DNA of 64,000 nt, from NCBI GenBank assembly GCA_040954595.2, contig CM082586.2, positions 2,981,124 to 3,045,123 on the forward strand. The letters run 5' to 3'. The first letter of the stretch is position 1, and each line of letters opens with the position of its first letter. This document shows, piece after piece, positions 10,661 to 23,786 of this stretch. The translations under genes were made by a program, and so were the position numbers. The notes under the pieces were generated by a model that saw nothing but the letters and a program-made list of their open reading frames with translations, was not told the DNA's origin and searched no databases. This DNA comes from Balanoglossus misakiensis (Eukaryota; Animalia; Hemichordata).

Positions 10661-13135
10661 ATGTTAAAGTTTTGGGGAGCTTCAAGTTCTCAGCAACCGT
10701 CAGCTCAGGTCGAGGCTGGTGAACAGCGGGAAAATGCGAACGTGGACGAGACTATCAAAGTGTACGTGCGATATGCCCAGGGAGCTAAGAACCCAGTACC
10801 AATTGACTGTGCGAGAGAAGACACGGTGTACGAGCTTGCAGGCAAACTGAAAGTTAACGCCCACAAGTTCAAGCTAACAGACGATGACTTCGATGAATCC
10901 GAAGTCGATCTATACACAGTGGGAACGAACGACAAGAAGACAAATCTGCATCCCAGCGTTAAGATATCAACATTGATCGGTAGTAAAGTAGAATTTGACA
11001 CAGGCAGTAAGTACGTTACATGGTACCAGCGTCAGTACATGGGGTTGTTTATATATGGCAGAACCGGATCAGTATGAGTTTGTTTATTCTAGTATGCAAG
11101 TGACCTGGTTTCAGAGGAGTAATTCGTCCTTGGAAAGTAGTAAAAGATGAGCTCAACGCCAAGATCTTCATGAACTTGACATTTCTGTTCTTGGTGCGAT
11201 ATGAGATAGCAGCGCTTGACATTATCTTTCAGTTTCAACACTATTCGCAATAACGCTGTTCAGGTAAAGTCCTATGATGGCGACTGAAGGGACACCGGCG
11301 TGAATGCTTGGTATACCTGTTGTTTATTTACCGACGCGCATATAGTATTACTGAACGTTAATGAGTAACAGGGTTCATGCACGATGCTATAGTCGATGAA
11401 TTATAAAATAATATGTTATTTCTCATGTTTTCCCTAAAACGGGCACAGATGCGGCATTTTTCTATTTCCCGTTATTCTTGGCGTCAAAGTAATTGCTTAA
11501 ATATTCAATACATTTATTTCATTATCTGACAGATTTCGTCGTGTATGTCGGGCACATCAGCCAGACGAGCGAAGAAATGTTCAACTGTCGGGAGAAAAAC
11601 ACCGTGTACGACCTCATATGCAAATTAAGAGAACGACTTCACGAGTTCGGCTTGCCACCGGCTGACGTCGAGCGTGTTTGGTTGAACGAGGGCCGTTTGC
11701 AGATTTACAAAAAAGCCAAATTACCAGGCGGGGTGAATACACCACTAGTGCTCAGTCAACGCCTGGATGAAATGAAAGGCGAAACACTACTTTTCGACAT
11801 GATTTCAAGATCTGTTGACATAGGTGGGTATTGAGCAGAGGTTAACAGTCATTACCCATAATATTTGATTGTTTTTTTTTAGTATTTTGGTCTCGAGTAT
11901 TTAAATCTGTCTGTCTGTCTGTCCCACTCTCTCAGAATGTATTAGCAAGAAGTGCTGTGGGCAAAACATTATCTTTTTTGGTGGCCCATCTCACGGAAAG
12001 TCGTCTACGATCAATACAATTGTAAAGGTAAGTGGCCAACTTCACTTCTATTTACACCACATGCGTTTTTGATGACACATATTATGACCTTGCCAAGTAC
12101 AGAAGGAATGAACGTATCTTTTAATTGTCGCTTACTTACTTTACATTTAGTCAATGCAAGGCTTCCATCAGAATTTGGCGCAGACTTTCACCGCTGTTAT
12201 GGCCGGAACCACAGTTTACACGCCCTACAGGATCGACGTCAAGAGCAAAAGTTTTACACTCTGGGACGTTCCCGGCACTTCGCTGTCGAGCAAGATAAGT
12301 CGCCATGCAACCGACGGCAGGCGAGTCATCCAGAATATCCTGGACGGCAAGCTGCCGGCCCATAGTGCGATTGACGGTCCCTTCAGGAGCAGCGGTCTGG
12401 AGGCGGACAAGATTCACGCGGCGGTGTGTGTGCAAAAAGGAACTGCCGAACTCGAGCGATTGCATTCAATGGTGTTTGAAGCAACTCGTAGACACGGTAA
12501 GAATTCTTTCCTGTCTACTTTTCCTCGCATTAGAAACATTGAATAATTGATTGCGTAATTGTAGTCTGCCTTGTTATATCAACTGTCCATGGACATCAAC
12601 ACTTTCAGCGTGTTAATTAAAGAACTTTTATCATCCAATTAGCGCTCGTGTCATAAAAGTTTGGGCGTCTGTGATTGGTGAATATCGATCCCACATTCCT
12701 ATTGGCCAAGAGTGTGAATAAGTACACAACTGTCATTTTTCTACCCAAACAGGTCGAAGCATGCCGGTGTTCTTCATCATAACGCACCAAGATCAAATGG
12801 AGGACCATGAAGTAGAGGACAAAATCAACGAAGTGTCCGGGACTTTTGGGGTCGACAAAAGCGCCATATTCACGATAGCAAACTACGACCACACAACACT
12901 TTACAACGACGACCCGCAGAGAGACGCGCATGTGTTGTCCGCTCTCTGGCAGATGCTGTCCTGTGCGTACACCTACAAAACGAGGGGACGGGTCCAGATT
13001 GGTGAATCGGTTGGCCCGTATGACATCGAAGATAGGATAGAACAGACAGAACCAAGGACAGAACCAGCCCCTGCACCAGAACGCCCTCAACCACGGCCGG
13101 CGCGACACCGTGTTGAATTCTGTGTAATATCTTAA
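10661..13135 (+). CDS. Tandem ubiquitin-like domains + IFI44-like GTPase with C-terminal CaaX (CVIS), about 485 aa, 5 exons
   Basis: Exons 10661-11006, 11533-11823, 11936-12027, 12151-12496, 12753-13135 (1458 nt, phases consistent). G1 GGPSHGKSSTIN, G3 LWDVPG, DKIHAAVCV, G4 THQD, ANY...DPQRDAHVLSALWQML. This resembles the IFI44 C-terminal pattern (THVD...SNY...DP.KD..ILSALRRML). The two N-terminal exons share VYV...C....TVY(E/D)L..KL. Confidence 0.88.
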
Positions 13136-15815
13136 AGATATGTATAAATAATATGACCAAAAATTCGGACAAACCCTTCTTCTTGGAACTTGTAAATATC
13201 ATGAGCAATTTTTCGTTGCAATTAGCAAATTTATGAATAAATCGAATGATGTCGCCTTTACTGCCATGCTGTTACCTGTAGTGTTTATGCCTCATGCGAA
13301 TAGGTCACCTGATATTCGCCAGGGGGTTAATTGTGGTGTGCCCACTTTCAGTGAAAGCGTTGCGGCAACTTGATAGGCCCTACACAATCTATTATGATCC
13401 GTAGACAACAGTAGGCATCTACGGTATGAAAGTATCAGGCCTGTTGTTACCTTCAGTAGTTCAACATCTCAGTGGACTCGATAATAAAGAAAGTGAAAAT
13501 GGCTAAAAAAGACAAACAAACAGACAAGCAAACAAACTAACAGACCGTAAAAATATGAGGCATGATCTGCATTGGTGAATTTATGTCATATGCAAATAAG
13601 CTATGTCAAGGCCGCGCTCTCATTGGAGTTGAACAAGACGCTTTACCGTGAGCGGAGCAGCAGGCCAAAAGACAGACTCATTGCAGATAACATGCTGTAT
13701 ATGTGACACAGAATGTAAGTTTTGTCTTGTAACATAGACTGGCTTTTAAAACAGGAAACGCAAATATCTATGAGCAAATATAGCCGGAATATAACCATGG
13801 CGTCAGCAACACATTGTTCATTGATTACAAAGGTATACTCTACCCGGAACCGTAAACCTTTACATTTAATTCTCAGCGTCCTGCACCTTTCCCGAATTAT
13901 ATTATAAGATGGTCTTAATTTTGTATATTTATGTTATTCATTTATCTCCCGTGGGTTTTACAACTTAGACGAGGTAAATTTAAAGGTGAACCTATGGTCA
14001 AGGACACAGGTGCTTTACCGATACGAAGTGCGCGCTGCTGGGTTTGTCTGTGGCCAGTGTACCATACCTACATGTATTTTCAACTGGATACCCATTGTCG
14101 ATGCTCACAAAAGAAAATGCATTAAGCGCTCCAAATCCGATATAGGCCTCGGTATTTTTTTTTACTCTAGCGTGGTTTTCTAGATCACAGATTACTTACG
14201 TTCAGACGTGACTTTTTACGCGTACCTATATGCAGTATTACATTTTTGAATACAAGTTCGAAAATTCATTTGTGACTGATTAAAAGGACACGATCACCTA
14301 TTCAAATTTAAGTATCTCACTTTACTTTGACACAAACGGTGGAGTGAACAACTCATGATGGCAAACCAGTTAAAACGGGTATGCACGGGCACAAATATCG
14401 CGCAGTGCATGAACATTGGACCCAGTCGAGTGGCCAATATACCTGTACAGCTCTTCTACGGGAGTGCGTCCCCCGGGGCGTTTTACGGTCCGTGACTTTG
14501 AGAAATTGCTTTACGGCCACACGGCCGTACAAACCGGAATTCTAAGTATTTTTGCCCTACCTTGACCTAAGAAAAGGGACATAAACGGTGACCTAGTATA
14601 AAACGACTGGTTACTGAATGATCTGAGGTATAACCCAGGTTGACAGTGCCGTTTGGCCCTGCCCATATTTTTTCATCGCAACTTGCAGTTTGGTGCAGTG
14701 TGGTAAGTAACCGATATAATATATTCAAAGACTTTGCAAAATATTTAATGGGAGGAATGTCACTAAAACTATATAATGTATTAAGCTGGATTTTTGGCTT
14801 CGATGGCGGACAGTAAGTTCTAACCTGCTGTACGTTTACTTCACTGAAGTTGTCGGTCAAGTACAGGCTTGCGTCTGCGGCAAGCGAGACCAGGTTTACG
14901 CCGGCGAATTAAGAATGACCAGCCAATGACCGGAGTGATTTGACTTCGCGGAATCTGAAATATCACGGACCACTCCAGGGGAATTATTTTTTGGTATGGC
15001 AACACAATACATCGTCACCTTTAACCCACTGGTGTGTTATCACTTTGTGGAACGCACGTGATTGAGTATCATTTACTCCGTCGCTAACAAGAGTGCATGG
15101 CGACTTCGACAAACTCTGGCATGGCAACATTTAGAATTTAACGGCAGTATAGGCTTTGATGCAAGGGAGGTAACGCCAGTATTCTCGCGGAAGTTCTGAG
15201 GAGGCCAAGGAGGCCAGTGGTTCCTCGCGCGTGCGCAGAGGCCACCAACATACCAAAACAGGAGCTTGGTATGTTCGAGTTGTACGTCCTTTTACCAGGT
15301 CGTTGTTTTGTCGAGTAAAGGTGTCCCAATATAATTATATTTATATAGGACAGGCCTACTATAAATAGTTTCTCGCTCTACTTAAATGTCAAGGACCTAA
15401 CAGAGTTGACCTCAGTGTGTTTTGGCTGTGGGCAATGTCACCTGGACGACTGGGTCACATACCGAACTTAGCTCACCAGTATATCAATAAACTATTCCGC
15501 TGACTGTATTTGGTGCTTTTGGGAAAGAGGGAGGTTGCCCTAGACTTGTCATTCAGGTTGACAGACGAGGCCAATCAACGGCAGGTGTTAGGTTCGGGTG
15601 AAATAAATGATATCTATGACCACACGGCATTCCTTGGTTGCGCTCTGCATAGGTGTGTGGGGCGGGGGGACCTGGCTGTATTTTGAAGTCAGTACATGTA
15701 CTAGTATAGCAGAGTCTAGTACCCGACGACAAATACCCCCACTGTGATTTTAAAACGCCGGCCCTTACAAATTTAATTGTGTTCTCCCGTGTTCACCTTC
15801 TTGCAGAAAGCCACG

Positions 15816-17819
15816 ATGTCGAAGGCTTACGTGTGCACACTGAGCGAGGATTTGCAGGAGAGGGCTAGAGTGGAACTTAACGAAGACCCCGAGACACGAA
15901 TGGCGAAGGTGGAGCAGCTGCGAAGTATGTTCAAGACCAGACCGGACATAATCTTCAGACAGGACGATTTCTTCCTGCTGCAGTTCCTGAGGAACAAGAA
16001 ATTCGACGTCCAGAAAGCCTTCAAGAAGATCGTGCATTACTACGAGGTGAGGAGGGACTGCACGGACATTTTCGGGACATTCCTACCGCTTGATTACAAG
16101 TACATTTTCGACGCGGAGATGGAGATGGTCTGCCCCGGAAGAGACGCCGAAGGGCGGAAGGTTATTATCGCTAGAAATTGTGAGTATAACCACCGAGGAT
16201 GCAACTGAAGCATCGCCTTGTTTTTTTATTTGGCCCAATCAAACCGTTGAATAACATGGGCGATAGAAAGAAGGGAGTCATTTTTGGCTTAGAAAGTAAT
16301 ACCAGGTGACTAAAACTCCATAAACGCCACTAAACAACTTTGTAAACAAACATGCACCTTAACAGGAATGCAAGCTACGCGAATTGGTATTCATGGACGG
16401 AATTTATTGCGTCCAATTTTGGCGTGATGAATTGCCTTGTACCTGGCTTGCATGGTTCAGTTGCAGTGAATGGTTTCAAAGGCGTACAAACCTCGCCTTA
16501 TTTATCACCTCGGCCAATAGGAAACGCGTTCGCAGCTACATGTATATCGTGTCTATGTACGAATGTATCGATCCTTCCATCCATCTAGTCGACCAGCCAG
16601 GGAGACAGACAGACAGACGGACAGAGAGACACATCTATATATCCACCAACCACTAATCCATACACTGATCAACCCAACCCCACCAATCCATCGATCCGTG
16701 GATCCGTCCGCCTATATGTCTGCTTGTCTATCTGTATGACTAAACTGACGAACTGCCCGAAGACAACTGCTAGTCATACAGCTAGACCAATAAATAGTAC
16801 ATCCGCTAGTCCGTCGGTCAGTCACAGTCAGTCAGTCAGAGTGAGTCCGTCAGTAGTCTGATAGGATAATAACTGAACCCTACTTATTTGTATCTCAGCT
16901 AGATGGGATGTGGACAGGTATGACGTAGCCGACGGGTTCAGAGGATCGCTGATGATGATGGAGACGATAATACAGGAAGAGGAATCGCAGATCAACGGAG
17001 TGGTTCTCATCGCTGACTATGAGGGCTTCACCATGAAGCACTTCACCAAAACCAAGCCGTCACTGATGAAAAAGATGACTGATATTTACGAAGTGAGTTT
17101 TTGTCCCCCTTTTTGCCAGTGAGGGCGCAGACTGTTTGCTCAGACCGTCATACACAAGGCATCGTGTCATTCTGATTCCATCTTTGTTGTTTTCTTCAGA
17201 ACGCCTTGCCGATACGTATTAAAGCTATTCACTTTGTTAACCAGCCGGAGATCTTCACTAAAGTGTACGCAATTATGAAGTCATTTATTAGTGAAAAGTT
17301 AACTAGCAGGGTAAGTAAATACAATGTAATGGTTTAGTAGACTTTAGTTTTGTCCCTTCTTTTCACCCAATTTGCTTCTTTCCCGATCTCCGACACAGAC
17401 TATGGCCGCCGCCATCTTGTCTGTTGTTACGACAGCACACTTTGCATTGACTGTACATGTATACACATTTGAATAAACCAGAGTCTCTGGTTTGGCACAT
17501 GCGCATAAGACGATCTCTGCCATTTAAAGTTCCTTTCACTAAATTGTGTAGTTTTTCTTTTCAGTTGCACTTCCACGGTGAAGAGTATGGTAGTCTACAT
17601 AAGTACGTACCGTCTGCAATGCTCCCGGCCGACCTGGGCGGACAGCTGCCCGAGTTTCAGAACAAAGAGTGGCGGGAAAAACTTCTGGCGTCCAACCCCG
17701 TGTTTGAACGCAATAACAGGTTCGGGTTCCCGCAGGCGACGAGGTCCGTAGGAGAGACTGGCGTGGCGAGCGAACTGAATTATGGGATGACGGGGTCATT
17801 CAAGAGACTTGACATTTGA
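15816..17819 (+). CDS. CRAL-TRIO (Sec14) domain protein, alpha-tocopherol transfer protein-like / clavesin-like
   Basis: Exons 15816-16179, 16899-17092, 17200-17310, 17565-17819. Motifs DDFFLLQFLRNKKFDV, ESQINGVVLIAD, LPIRIKAIHFVNQP, LPADLGGQL. Confidence 0.93.
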
Positions 17820-20180
17820 TGACCTCTTGGTGGCGCTGTTCGCGTACACTAATCGTGACCTTTGTGAATCTGGTGACCGGAAGTGCAACGTGTTTGCGAC
17901 ACACAGACAGTATTTCTTGGATATGCAGTTCAGTAGCTTTCATGTCGTTTATAAATCTCGAAAAGATGGTGGTATTTCAGGAGCGACATTTTCAAGTACC
18001 ACATCTCCGGTCCCAGATAGTGATCACAACTAGGTTGCAAGATTTGAATGGGTGTATTGTATTCCGTGACCAAAAAGAATATATGTCCGAGGACTTTTGC
18101 TCATTATATTTATATCTCAGGAGAAGTCACCAGTCAATGCAACATGGTTGCTAGCGTCGAGCACCTATGCAAATTTCGCCCCAGTTACAATGACAAGTTG
18201 AGGTCTAACCAATGACAGATTTTCATGTGGTGGCCACGCAAGACAATACACACCTTTTAAAGGCGGAACTCCCGTATAAAAGCGCGAGAGCACGCGAGAG
18301 TTGGCATAATGGTGGGAGATTCAAACTCACTAACAACAGAACGGACGTTGTCCATAAAAGACTGTAAATTTAGGTCTACCGATGATTTTTTTTGTCTCTA
18401 AATTCTATACATGCGTATATGTAAATTAGAAGTGATTGTATACATTTAATCACGTGGTTCATTTATTATTTTGGCATATAATAATGTGAATTAGAGTTGC
18501 CAGGGGTGATCAATTGTAAATAATTAAACTGGATTATTAAAGGACGGGCATCGTCCCACACAGGTGGTAGAGTGTCAAAGTAGGCACAAAGTCAAACTGT
18601 TACGATGTACATAATTGAAAACAATACGTTTTGATACTTTGTATATATTGCACTATATACCATGGTAAATACAATGAGTCGTTGCTTCTTATCACATTTC
18701 GAAGTTATTTGCTGTAACATGTATTGATTGGCAGGTACTCCTTGTACAGTTAGATCAATGCCGATGATATGTTTATGAACAGGAAAGTCGCACATGTGCA
18801 GTTAGGACGAAATTCCCCTTTAAATATTTATACATTGCAGATAAAGTGTTACAGAACTTAGTTTGACAGGTTGTTAACCGTTGAAAAACGTGCGGTCATT
18901 CAGAGGGGACCTTCAAGATTTCTGATAAATGTCGTATTTTATCCATCAAAGGGACCGACATACTGTTAAATGTCATAGTCAGCTTCTCTCCATATCGAGT
19001 TATTCCTTTTTAGTTTTAGGGGGATTTCTTCTTATTTGAAATGAAATAAAACTTGTCACGTTGCAACACTCATATCACGTTTCACGGCTTCCGTCTTCAT
19101 GGTAAATAATCTGTCCAAAAGCACCGACGCGGCCAATACAATATGAATGAGGAACTTCCACGCCTTGTCTGTCTTAGAATTCGCCACGTTTCTGGTTAAC
19201 AAGAGGCCTCGCATTGTGCTTTCTCTTGATACATGTAGTCTGAAACTTCCACACTTTCCATCACACGTGCTCCATCTGCTTCATTATGAATTGTCTGCTG
19301 GTTTCTCCCGCCTTCATTGTGAATAGACCTTTCGAGAGCGCAAAACATACAAAAACCACCAAGACGCATAATGGAGGAACTTCTAGACAACCCCGCCTGC
19401 CTTGGTCATCGGCACGTTTCTACTTAAGGGCAAAGTGGCGACTCTGTCGAACAGACACTGAGCCTTAACCATTCTACATCTATTCTCAGGTTTTCCCATC
19501 TTTGATCACGCGTTATACGTATTTCGTCTAATATTCTTATTGTAAACATCGTGTTCGAAAATACGACACAGCAAACACCAATACGTCAACTTTCGGATAG
19601 CATATGTCTCTGGTTGAAGGCAAGAACGTGGGTTCTCTTTTGTGAATGGGAGATTTTTTTCAAAACATGCTGTGTGTATTGTTAATTTTAAAAAATAATA
19701 AAAGACGCGTGACATTTACGACGATTTAACAAGGACGTCGATGTCTGGTGATATATCTTAAATCGAGCAAAGGGCGCTGTGGCATGCTTATTTGGAAAAT
19801 TGTTTTTCTGATATTTGCTTACTAAACCTCGAGAAGTTTAAAGAGTAAACAACGTCGCATGCACGTATGCACACATACACGCGTACATACACACACAGTT
19901 CTTGGACAGTGTAAGAATCTTTCTGGAGTAGGGTGCGTGCATTTATTTCAACAGCCTGAGTCTTTGCAGGGAGTGGTACAGACGTCAGTTGCGATTGTGT
20001 CGTACGTCATCCGACAACAAGAAAACACATCTGCATATTAATGCCTTTCAAAAGTCCTGCAGTACAAGAGATAGCCTTCGAATATCCAGTTTGTCGCCAG
20101 CATCATATTAAATTGACTTGTCATGAAGTTTGCGTTCATTCGTTTCTGCAATCTACGAGAGCTGTACACAGACTGAAAAT

Positions 20181-21251
20181 ATGAACAGCACGGTTTCCAG
20201 TAACGATAGCCGCACTGCGCCTGAGATTGTACTGCCGGTGTCATGGGCGACCGACCTGTCCGGTGCTCTTGAGATCGTCCTGGCGTTGGGAGCAATCTTC
20301 GGCAATACTCTGTTCATCTTGATAGTTTTCTTCAAGAAAAAACTGAGGTCGTCCATGAATATATTCTTGGTCAACCTGAGCGTGACGGACATCATTGCAG
20401 CAATCTTCGTCTCTCTCCCAACGGCAGATTCCTATCTGCACCGAAAGTGGCGCTTGGGAGCCAAATTCTGTCTGGTACACAATGTCCTCAACCCGGTACT
20501 GATTTCAGTTTCGCTCTGGCTGACAGCATTCATCTCCATCAATCGGTACATCTTCATCGTCCACAACGAGAAGTACCGTCGACTTACCAACAAAGTTACG
20601 CTGGCACTTGCATTTGTATTTGCCTGGTGTTTTCCGATAGCGAATGAGTACGCCGTGTTTCAAGACACATCTCGATCAAGATACTCACCACCATCTTTTC
20701 GTTGTCAGATGCCCGGTACCCAAGTTCTCTTTGTACTCCTGTTCTACACCCCTACGATTATTGTACCTTTGGTGTACCTTCCGATCATCGTCTACGTGAT
20801 GAAGAGCAGGCGTCGCGTTCAGAGCCACCAGTCGCAAAGTGCCGGTGCAAATGGTCCATCTTCACAGGAAGTCCGTATGCTGCTGGTCATTGTCGGCGTC
20901 TTCTTCATGGTCATGCTCGGTTACCTACCATTCGTCATCCTGATCAACTGTTACCAGATCTACGGCCAAAGACCACCACCAGAGGCTATGATCTTGATGT
21001 ACCCCTTGATTCACGTCGGAGGCGTCATGAACCCCTTCCTGTACGGCATCAACAACAGGCACTTCAAAGAAGCGTACAAAGAGCTACTGACGGGAAAACT
21101 ATTCCGAAAACGCGGACGTGCAAACCAGGTGGCACAAGCACCGAATTCAAGCAATCGTCCAACTGACATGAGCCTGGACACCAGCAGTAAAAACCCAAGG
21201 ATGACCCAATCAACGGTGAACGAACAGGTGGGCGGGCCAAGCACTGTCTAA
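20181..21251 (+). CDS. Intronless rhodopsin-class GPCR (melatonin-receptor/moody/Tre1-like group), ligand unknown
   Basis: Seven hydrophobic segments. GN in TM1, NLSVTD in TM2, NRY in place of DRY, NPFLY in TM7, N-terminal NxS/T sites. Confidence 0.93.
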   Translation: MNSTVSSNDSRTAPEIVLPVSWATDLSGALEIVLALGAIFGNTLFILIVFFKKKLRSSMNIFLVNLSVTDIIAAIFVSLPTADSYLHRKWRLGAKFCLVHNVLNPVLISVSLWLTAFISINRYIFIVHNEKYRRLTNKVTLALAFVFAWCFPIANEYAVFQDTSRSRYSPPSFRCQMPGTQVLFVLLFYTPTIIVPLVYLPIIVYVMKSRRRVQSHQSQSAGANGPSSQEVRMLLVIVGVFFMVMLGYLPFVILINCYQIYGQRPPPEAMILMYPLIHVGGVMNPFLYGINNRHFKEAYKELLTGKLFRKRGRANQVAQAPNSSNRPTDMSLDTSSKNPRMTQSTVNEQVGGPSTV

Positions 21252-23029
21252 TTTATGAACTTGTCTCTTTCGTCAGAAGAATATTGGCAATTGTCCCTAA
21301 CAGAACTGAAACAATGTAATATGTGATATGCTTGTCCACGTTGGAAATTGTAAAGCAAAATTTAATGTAGGAGACTTACACCGATCTCATGCCGACATCA
21401 CAGACCGCTTGTTAATGGATTGCTAGAATAATTGTTTTTTCGAACCATATAGATAGATATTTTTTCAATGTACACTCTATATTCATTATTTGCACGATGT
21501 TTATGAATAAATGTAATACCATTTGAAATAGCAATACTATTTTAACTTGAACATATATGTTTTACATAGTAGGAAAGGACGTAACTTAGAATCTGTGCGA
21601 CGTGCATTGAAAGTAAACCACAAAACATGTACTAACATGATAAATATTTAGTATTAAACATGTCGAATATACCTGTATTCGTGTACTCAGGTACGGTTAC
21701 TGTAAACTGTACGCATATGCATGCAGGCCATGATAACACTTGTATTTACCACTTAATTTAGACTGGCTTGGTGTTTATAAATTATCTATGCTACGATGTC
21801 TGTATTAGCATGTCAAGTGAGATGGGTCATGTTCTGCGCTTGCCCAAAGGAAACCATTCGCAGTCAGGCAAAAGAAAAGCACTCCATGTCGATTAAAAGA
21901 GGGCGCACCCTATATTATGGCGTACGTTCTTTGGGCATCATTGGGATGACATGGTATTTTCGTGAAGTTGATAAAAATATATCGTTCGGCAGATATTTGA
22001 GCTATCTGTGGTATTGTCATGTTTGGCGTTTTATCATTAAATAAATGTCACAATGCGATAACTGTAAAGGCAGACTGTGGTTATTGAAAGATTGTGGGCA
22101 GTATGTTTTCTTGACCAAACGATGCTCGTGTGTTACCATCTAAAGGGTGTGGTCCCAACTAATGGTTAATGGTTTTAGAGTTAATGACGTTTTTCACCAC
22201 AGAAATATTCCATGATAAACAATTATGTGTTGTATTCAACACGGTCTGTCTTACCATATCTTGTCATGACGACATCAATGGGTGTGGCATTGACAAATGC
22301 GAGGCAGTGAGCAACGAAGGCGAGAGGATGACGGCCATTCTGTCCTTGTGTATACCACCTGTCAAGACCGCCCCCTACGACGAAAAAAATCCCACCCCTT
22401 TGTCGGAAGCTACACGTATTGTATGTCGTTTATCATGACAGCAGTAAACGTGAGCCATCACAGAAATAACCTCCGAGGATAATCAGTTAACACTGTATTA
22501 ATTGTAATCGTTTGCAAGGTTGTCACTTGGCAACCAGAATCTTATCCATCCATCACATTAAAACCTTACATGGTACGTGATAAGTAGTGGTGCACACGTT
22601 TCCAACTGAAATTCATCACATGAAACACAATCAGTAAAATTAATTGTGAGTGACTTCGGTAACCACGGCCAAGGAGTACTCGTAGTGCTGACCACGAAAA
22701 TCAGAGTTGATCTCTAAGATACTAGGCCTACATGTATCGTGTATGGCCGCTGGGCGACATGCAGTATCTCCTGAACAACATCTATCCCCAAGACTCCCCT
22801 ACCCTCAATAATTGCATTGCCGTGGGTGCTCACGTAGTGGGCATACAATGAGTCATTCATTATGACTGCAGAAATATACCCAGTGGAAATGTGACGTTAA
22901 TATATACGCACATATCATGTTGAGTGATGATTTGACTGGAGCGCCCAGGTAGACTCCCATAAATACAATTGCTAGTAGATACAGTGTAACTTATTACAAT
23001 GTAAATCAATGAAAACATAACAATATGGC

Positions 23030-23297
23030 TGTTACTTTGTATTACATTGTACATCATTGCAAACAATGTGGTTGTTACTTTGTATTACACTGTAGTGTAA
23101 CTGCTACAATGTACATCATTCCAAACAATGGGGTTGTTACTTTGTATTACACAGTAGTATAACTGCTACAATTTACATCATTCCAAACAATGGGGTTGTT
23201 ACTTTGTATTACACTGTAGTGTAACTGCTACAATGTACATCATTGCAAACAATGTGGTTGTTACTTTGTATTACTATGTACATCATTACAAACAATG
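23030..23297. repeat. 62-bp minisatellite, about 4 copies
   Basis: gttgttactttgtattac recurs at 23071, 23133, 23195 and 23257, with partial flanking copies. Confidence 0.92.
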
Positions 23298-23786
23298 AAT
23301 TACTACTGTTTATTACATTCCAAGTTACTTTGATGCAACATGCATTGGTTGTGGGTCTCCCTGAATAGTGGGAAGAAGACTGATGGTGTGTGTAATTCGT
23401 TCGCAGATGACCCTTCCCCTTTGAGGATTAACACTGTCACAGGCATCATACTTTCCTTTGTCATAATTTTATTGTATTTCACCCAACATTAAACCCGGCA
23501 GTGAGCTTACCCAAGTGTATACATGTGAATACCGTTAAACAAAGACAGAAAACAAATGAAACTTTTCATTCAGCTGCGTATACATGTTAAATTGTCGTTT
23601 CAGACTAAAAATATGAGAAATTAAAGGTTAAAGTAGGTGACAACTTTGTTGTGTGCAACCATATATGAATATGCATAGCATATGATAGTGTGCATATTAT
23701 TCTAAAGGAGTATTTTAAAAAGGGAACAGAATCATAAAAATACAGATATTTTCAATATCTGCAGAGTGATGTTGGGAATTCCACTT

